From: a virus
Lineage: Duplodnaviria; Caudoviricetes
DNA: 59,178 nt
Virus record (IMG/VR): IMGVR_UViG_3300033146_002247
Location: 1-59,178 of that record
Direction: 5' to 3' (one strand)
Of the stretch, positions 58,617-59,178 are shown piece after piece. Numbering within the stretch: the stretch's first letter is position 1; every line of letters begins with the position of its first letter. Below the pieces are notes generated by a model. That model saw only the letters and a program-made list of their open reading frames with translations. It was not told the DNA's origin and made no database searches. Position numbers and translations under genes: made by a program.

Positions 58617-59135
58617 ATGAATAACTGGAAATTTGATTTTAGTAAAACAAGAAACGTAAACTGGGACAAAGATTTTGATGTTGAGGGTTTAAAAGATGAC
58701 TATAATTTAACATTAAATCAATTACAAGATAGATTTTTATGTGCGGGACCTTGGCCATTATCAGGTGAAATAGAAAAAGATTTATCTTTATATTTCACAA
58801 ATCTAAAAGATTTTTTTGATAGACGATTTAAAGATTTAAAAATTAATTGGAATGAAATATGGCAATATAACGGACATTTTTCAAATACTATTTTTATTCC
58901 TATAATTTCATATAAAAATATTAAGTTTAATGAAGATGAACACGCAATAGTATTTCATTTAATGTACGAGGAAATACAGTTTTCACAATCAGATGAAAAA
59001 GAACTTGGATTAATGATTGAAATTACTGAAGCAGGTGATGCGTGTTTAGAAGTTATGTATTTTAATAAAGATGAAACTCATAATGTTGATGCATTGAAAT
59101 CTGCACTAGAAAAATTAGAAAATTTATATGATTAA
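58617..59135 (+). CDS. acidic hypothetical early protein
   Basis: 172 aa ORF with AAGGAG RBS. Confidence 0.6.
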   Translation: MNNWKFDFSKTRNVNWDKDFDVEGLKDDYNLTLNQLQDRFLCAGPWPLSGEIEKDLSLYFTNLKDFFDRRFKDLKINWNEIWQYNGHFSNTIFIPIISYKNIKFNEDEHAIVFHLMYEEIQFSQSDEKELGLMIEITEAGDACLEVMYFNKDETHNVDALKSALEKLENLYD

Positions 59136-59144
59136 AAATAACTA

Positions 59145-59173
59145 TTGACAAAATGACTTTAATTAGTTATATT
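59145..59173 (+). promoter_or_regulatory. sigma70-type early promoter
   Basis: TTGACA-N17-TATATT at the window end. Confidence 0.8.
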
Positions 59174-59178
59174 ATAAT

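Noticed and set aside
1-59178. Alternative genetic code (stop codon reassignment)
   Set aside because: Conserved genes (portal, RNR, ligase, helicases) are full length in code 11 and coding density is high; the breaks seen are explained by insertions or frameshifts

Overview
This is a 59 kb segment of a large, very AT-rich, T4-like (myovirus) phage genome; essentially all credible genes are on the + strand. T4-core homologues (portal gp20, neck gp14, gp2, gp4, gp5-like spike, hub-like protein, gp41 helicase, gp62, UvsY-like, DNA ligase, Rnl1-like RNA ligase) are scattered among 22 near-identical sigma70-type early promoter cassettes rather than clustered. Other content includes class II RNR, Dam methylase, a DinG-like helicase, ArdC, RadC/JAB, an NAD-rebuilding pair (PRPS-like + NAMPT-like), two tRNAs and two TnpB-only insertions that each split a phage gene. 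Most striking: (1) a sigma28-promoter flagellin-fliS-flgM-like module plus a separate type IV minor-pilin operon, i.e. host surface-appendage genes in an apparently lytic phage; (2) 13 mostly unrelated proteins sharing one of two N-terminal leaders ending in L/I-x-E, which look like capsid-targeting, prohead-protease-cleaved tags; five of them form an island carrying two SAM-lyase-like proteins, two nuclease-like proteins and an ADP-ribosyltransferase-like protein; (3) a five-copy intergenic element with conserved boxes at fixed spacing. Family calls come from motif recognition by eye; no database searches were run.
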